Positions 5,503 through 6,246 of a stretch of 6,246 bases of DNA are shown in pieces. The position numbers were made by a program, and so were the translations under genes. The notes under the pieces were generated by a model that made no database searches, was not told where the DNA came from, and was given only the letters and a program-made list of their open reading frames with translations. The DNA comes from a virus: the IMG/VR virus record IMGVR_UViG_3300007505_000491, positions 1 to 6,246 of that record; one strand, written 5' to 3'. Numbering within the stretch: the stretch's first letter is position 1; the number at the start of each line of letters is the position of its first letter.

Positions 5503-5712
5503 TTACACCAGCACCTTTTGACCAAGGCGCTTAGAGAGGCCGGTTGAGCCTTCGGCATACGCGATGGCACGAGCATCGCCCACCGGGCAAGCGTCTTGAC
5601 GCTCGACTAAGCCAACATGTAGCGCAAAGGCTTTCTTGTTGGCTAGCAAGGTCTTTTTTGCGGCTTTAGCCGCTTCATCGCTGGAGATTTTTACGGACGG
5701 AGTATCGCTCAT
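5503..5712 (-). CDS. Hypothetical 69-aa protein overlapping the last 38 nt of the endolysin gene
   Basis: The ATG at 5712 is preceded by GAGGT plus 8 nt. The product is MSDTPSVKISSDEAAKAAKKTLLANKKAFALHVGLVERQDACPVGDARAIAYAEGSTGLSKRLGQKVLV. It is soluble and Ala/Lys-rich, with no motif I recognise. Confidence 0.45.
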   Translation of the reverse strand: MSDTPSVKISSDEAAKAAKKTLLANKKAFALHVGLVERQDACPVGDARAIAYAEGSTGLSKRLGQKVLV

Positions 5713-6196
5713 CTTTCGTTACCTCATATGGTGCTTCGCTCACACGCTCGCGCCAATCGCGAAGCTCCCAGTGAGCGGGATCCCACCCCACTTTGCTAAT
5801 ACGGGGCTGTCCCTTACGGAACCAATCCCCTCCCCACACAATATCTATATTGCGCTGAATGGCAATCTCTTTTCCGACTTCTCCAAAAATAAGCCACTCA
5901 TAGTCACCCATATCCCACGCATATATGCTGTGAACGAGGTCGACGGCAAAGGCCATATGGGGCCACTTGCCATCATCTGGGCTATCTTTTGAAAAGCCGT
6001 CATCAAAGAGCTTCAACTGCTCCTTATAGTCTCTGACGATGGTGTGCGCAAATACAGGTATTCCGCGACCATCCATACGCTTGTAGAACAGCCATATGAA
6101 CTCAAGCAATTGCGGCGCAGCGCCACCGGCAATTGGCCGGGTTCGCTGCTCCGTGAGCTTTTGCGAGCGCACTTGATCGTGGTTAACAATTCTCAT
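5675..6196 (-). CDS. Peptidase M15 family (VanY / L-Ala-D-Glu peptidase-like) cell-wall hydrolase, probable endolysin, 173 aa
   Basis: The track ORF 5675..6235 starts at a TTG inside the terminal repeat. The internal ATG at 6196 has AGAGG plus 5 nt and is the likely start. Motifs read by eye are VRDYKEQLKLFDDGFSK...WPHMAFAVDL (the R..eeQ..L...G.S...H...AvDl block) and IVWGGDWFRKGQPRISKVGWDPAHWEL (the wGGdW...D..HfE block). These would supply the His/Asp/His zinc ligands. The H-to-D spacing is one residue shorter than the classic HxxGxAxD. Confidence 0.85.
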   Translation of the reverse strand: MRIVNHDQVRSQKLTEQRTRPIAGGAAPQLLEFIWLFYKRMDGRGIPVFAHTIVRDYKEQLKLFDDGFSKDSPDDGKWPHMAFAVDLVHSIYAWDMGDYEWLIFGEVGKEIAIQRNIDIVWGGDWFRKGQPRISKVGWDPAHWELRDWRERVSEAPYEVTKDERYSVRKNLQR

Positions 6197-6246
6197 GACT
6201 GCCTCTTTCCAATTTGTTGCTACAGGCACCAGCAAAGGGACGGCGG
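6197..6246. repeat. Terminal direct repeat, copy 2 (identical to 1-50)
   Basis: It matches bases 1-50 exactly over 50 nt, which defines a 6,196-nt circle. Confidence 0.95.

Noticed and set aside
5346-5576. 76-aa minus-strand ORF reaching into the non-coding block.
   Set aside because: It overlaps the 69-aa ORF out of frame. No properly spaced RBS is present (GGTGGG lies only 2 nt from the ATG). The product is Cys/Arg/Ser-rich and looks non-protein-like. I cannot fully exclude it without comparative data.
5831-5855. dif-like XerC/D site. The minus strand GCGCAATATAGATATTGTGTGGGGA contains the inverted repeat CAATAT/ATATTG.
   Set aside because: Only about 15 of 25 positions match the E. coli dif core by eye, and the XerD arm (TTATGTTAAAT) is not matched. 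The site lies inside the conserved NIDIVWGG codons of the endolysin, which explains the sequence.
1-6246. Integrase, transposase, CRISPR, toxin-antitoxin or defence-system genes; prophage flanks.
   Set aside because: None is visible in any frame. The contig closes into a circle with only phage genes, so there is no host flank to evaluate.

Overview
The window is a complete circular Microviridae (small ssDNA phage) genome. Bases 1-50 recur exactly at 6197-6246, so the unit circle is 6,196 nt. Every credible gene is on the minus strand, tightly packed and often translationally coupled. In transcription order they are: an M15-family peptidoglycan peptidase (endolysin, 5675-6196); a 69-aa ORF; a ~530-nt non-coding block; a gokushovirus-type HUH replication initiator (3719-4972); an ATG-less basic ORF overprinted on and extending past the Rep 3' end; a 56-aa membrane protein missing from the ORF track (3298-3468); a Gly/Ala-rich pilot/minor capsid protein (2396-3301); a ~40-aa basic peptide; the F/VP1-type major capsid protein (667-2277); and a 187-aa protein with an acidic tail (92-655). 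The most unusual item is a 104-nt tRNA-like element on the coding strand (5144-5247) inside the non-coding block. It has a perfect 7-bp acceptor stem, a canonical GGTTCGACC T arm, a discriminator A and a genomically encoded CCA, and a textbook intrinsic terminator follows 25 nt downstream. It has no usable anticodon loop. I found no integrase, CRISPR array, rRNA or transposon. Protein names rest on motifs recognised by eye and on gene order, not on database searches.
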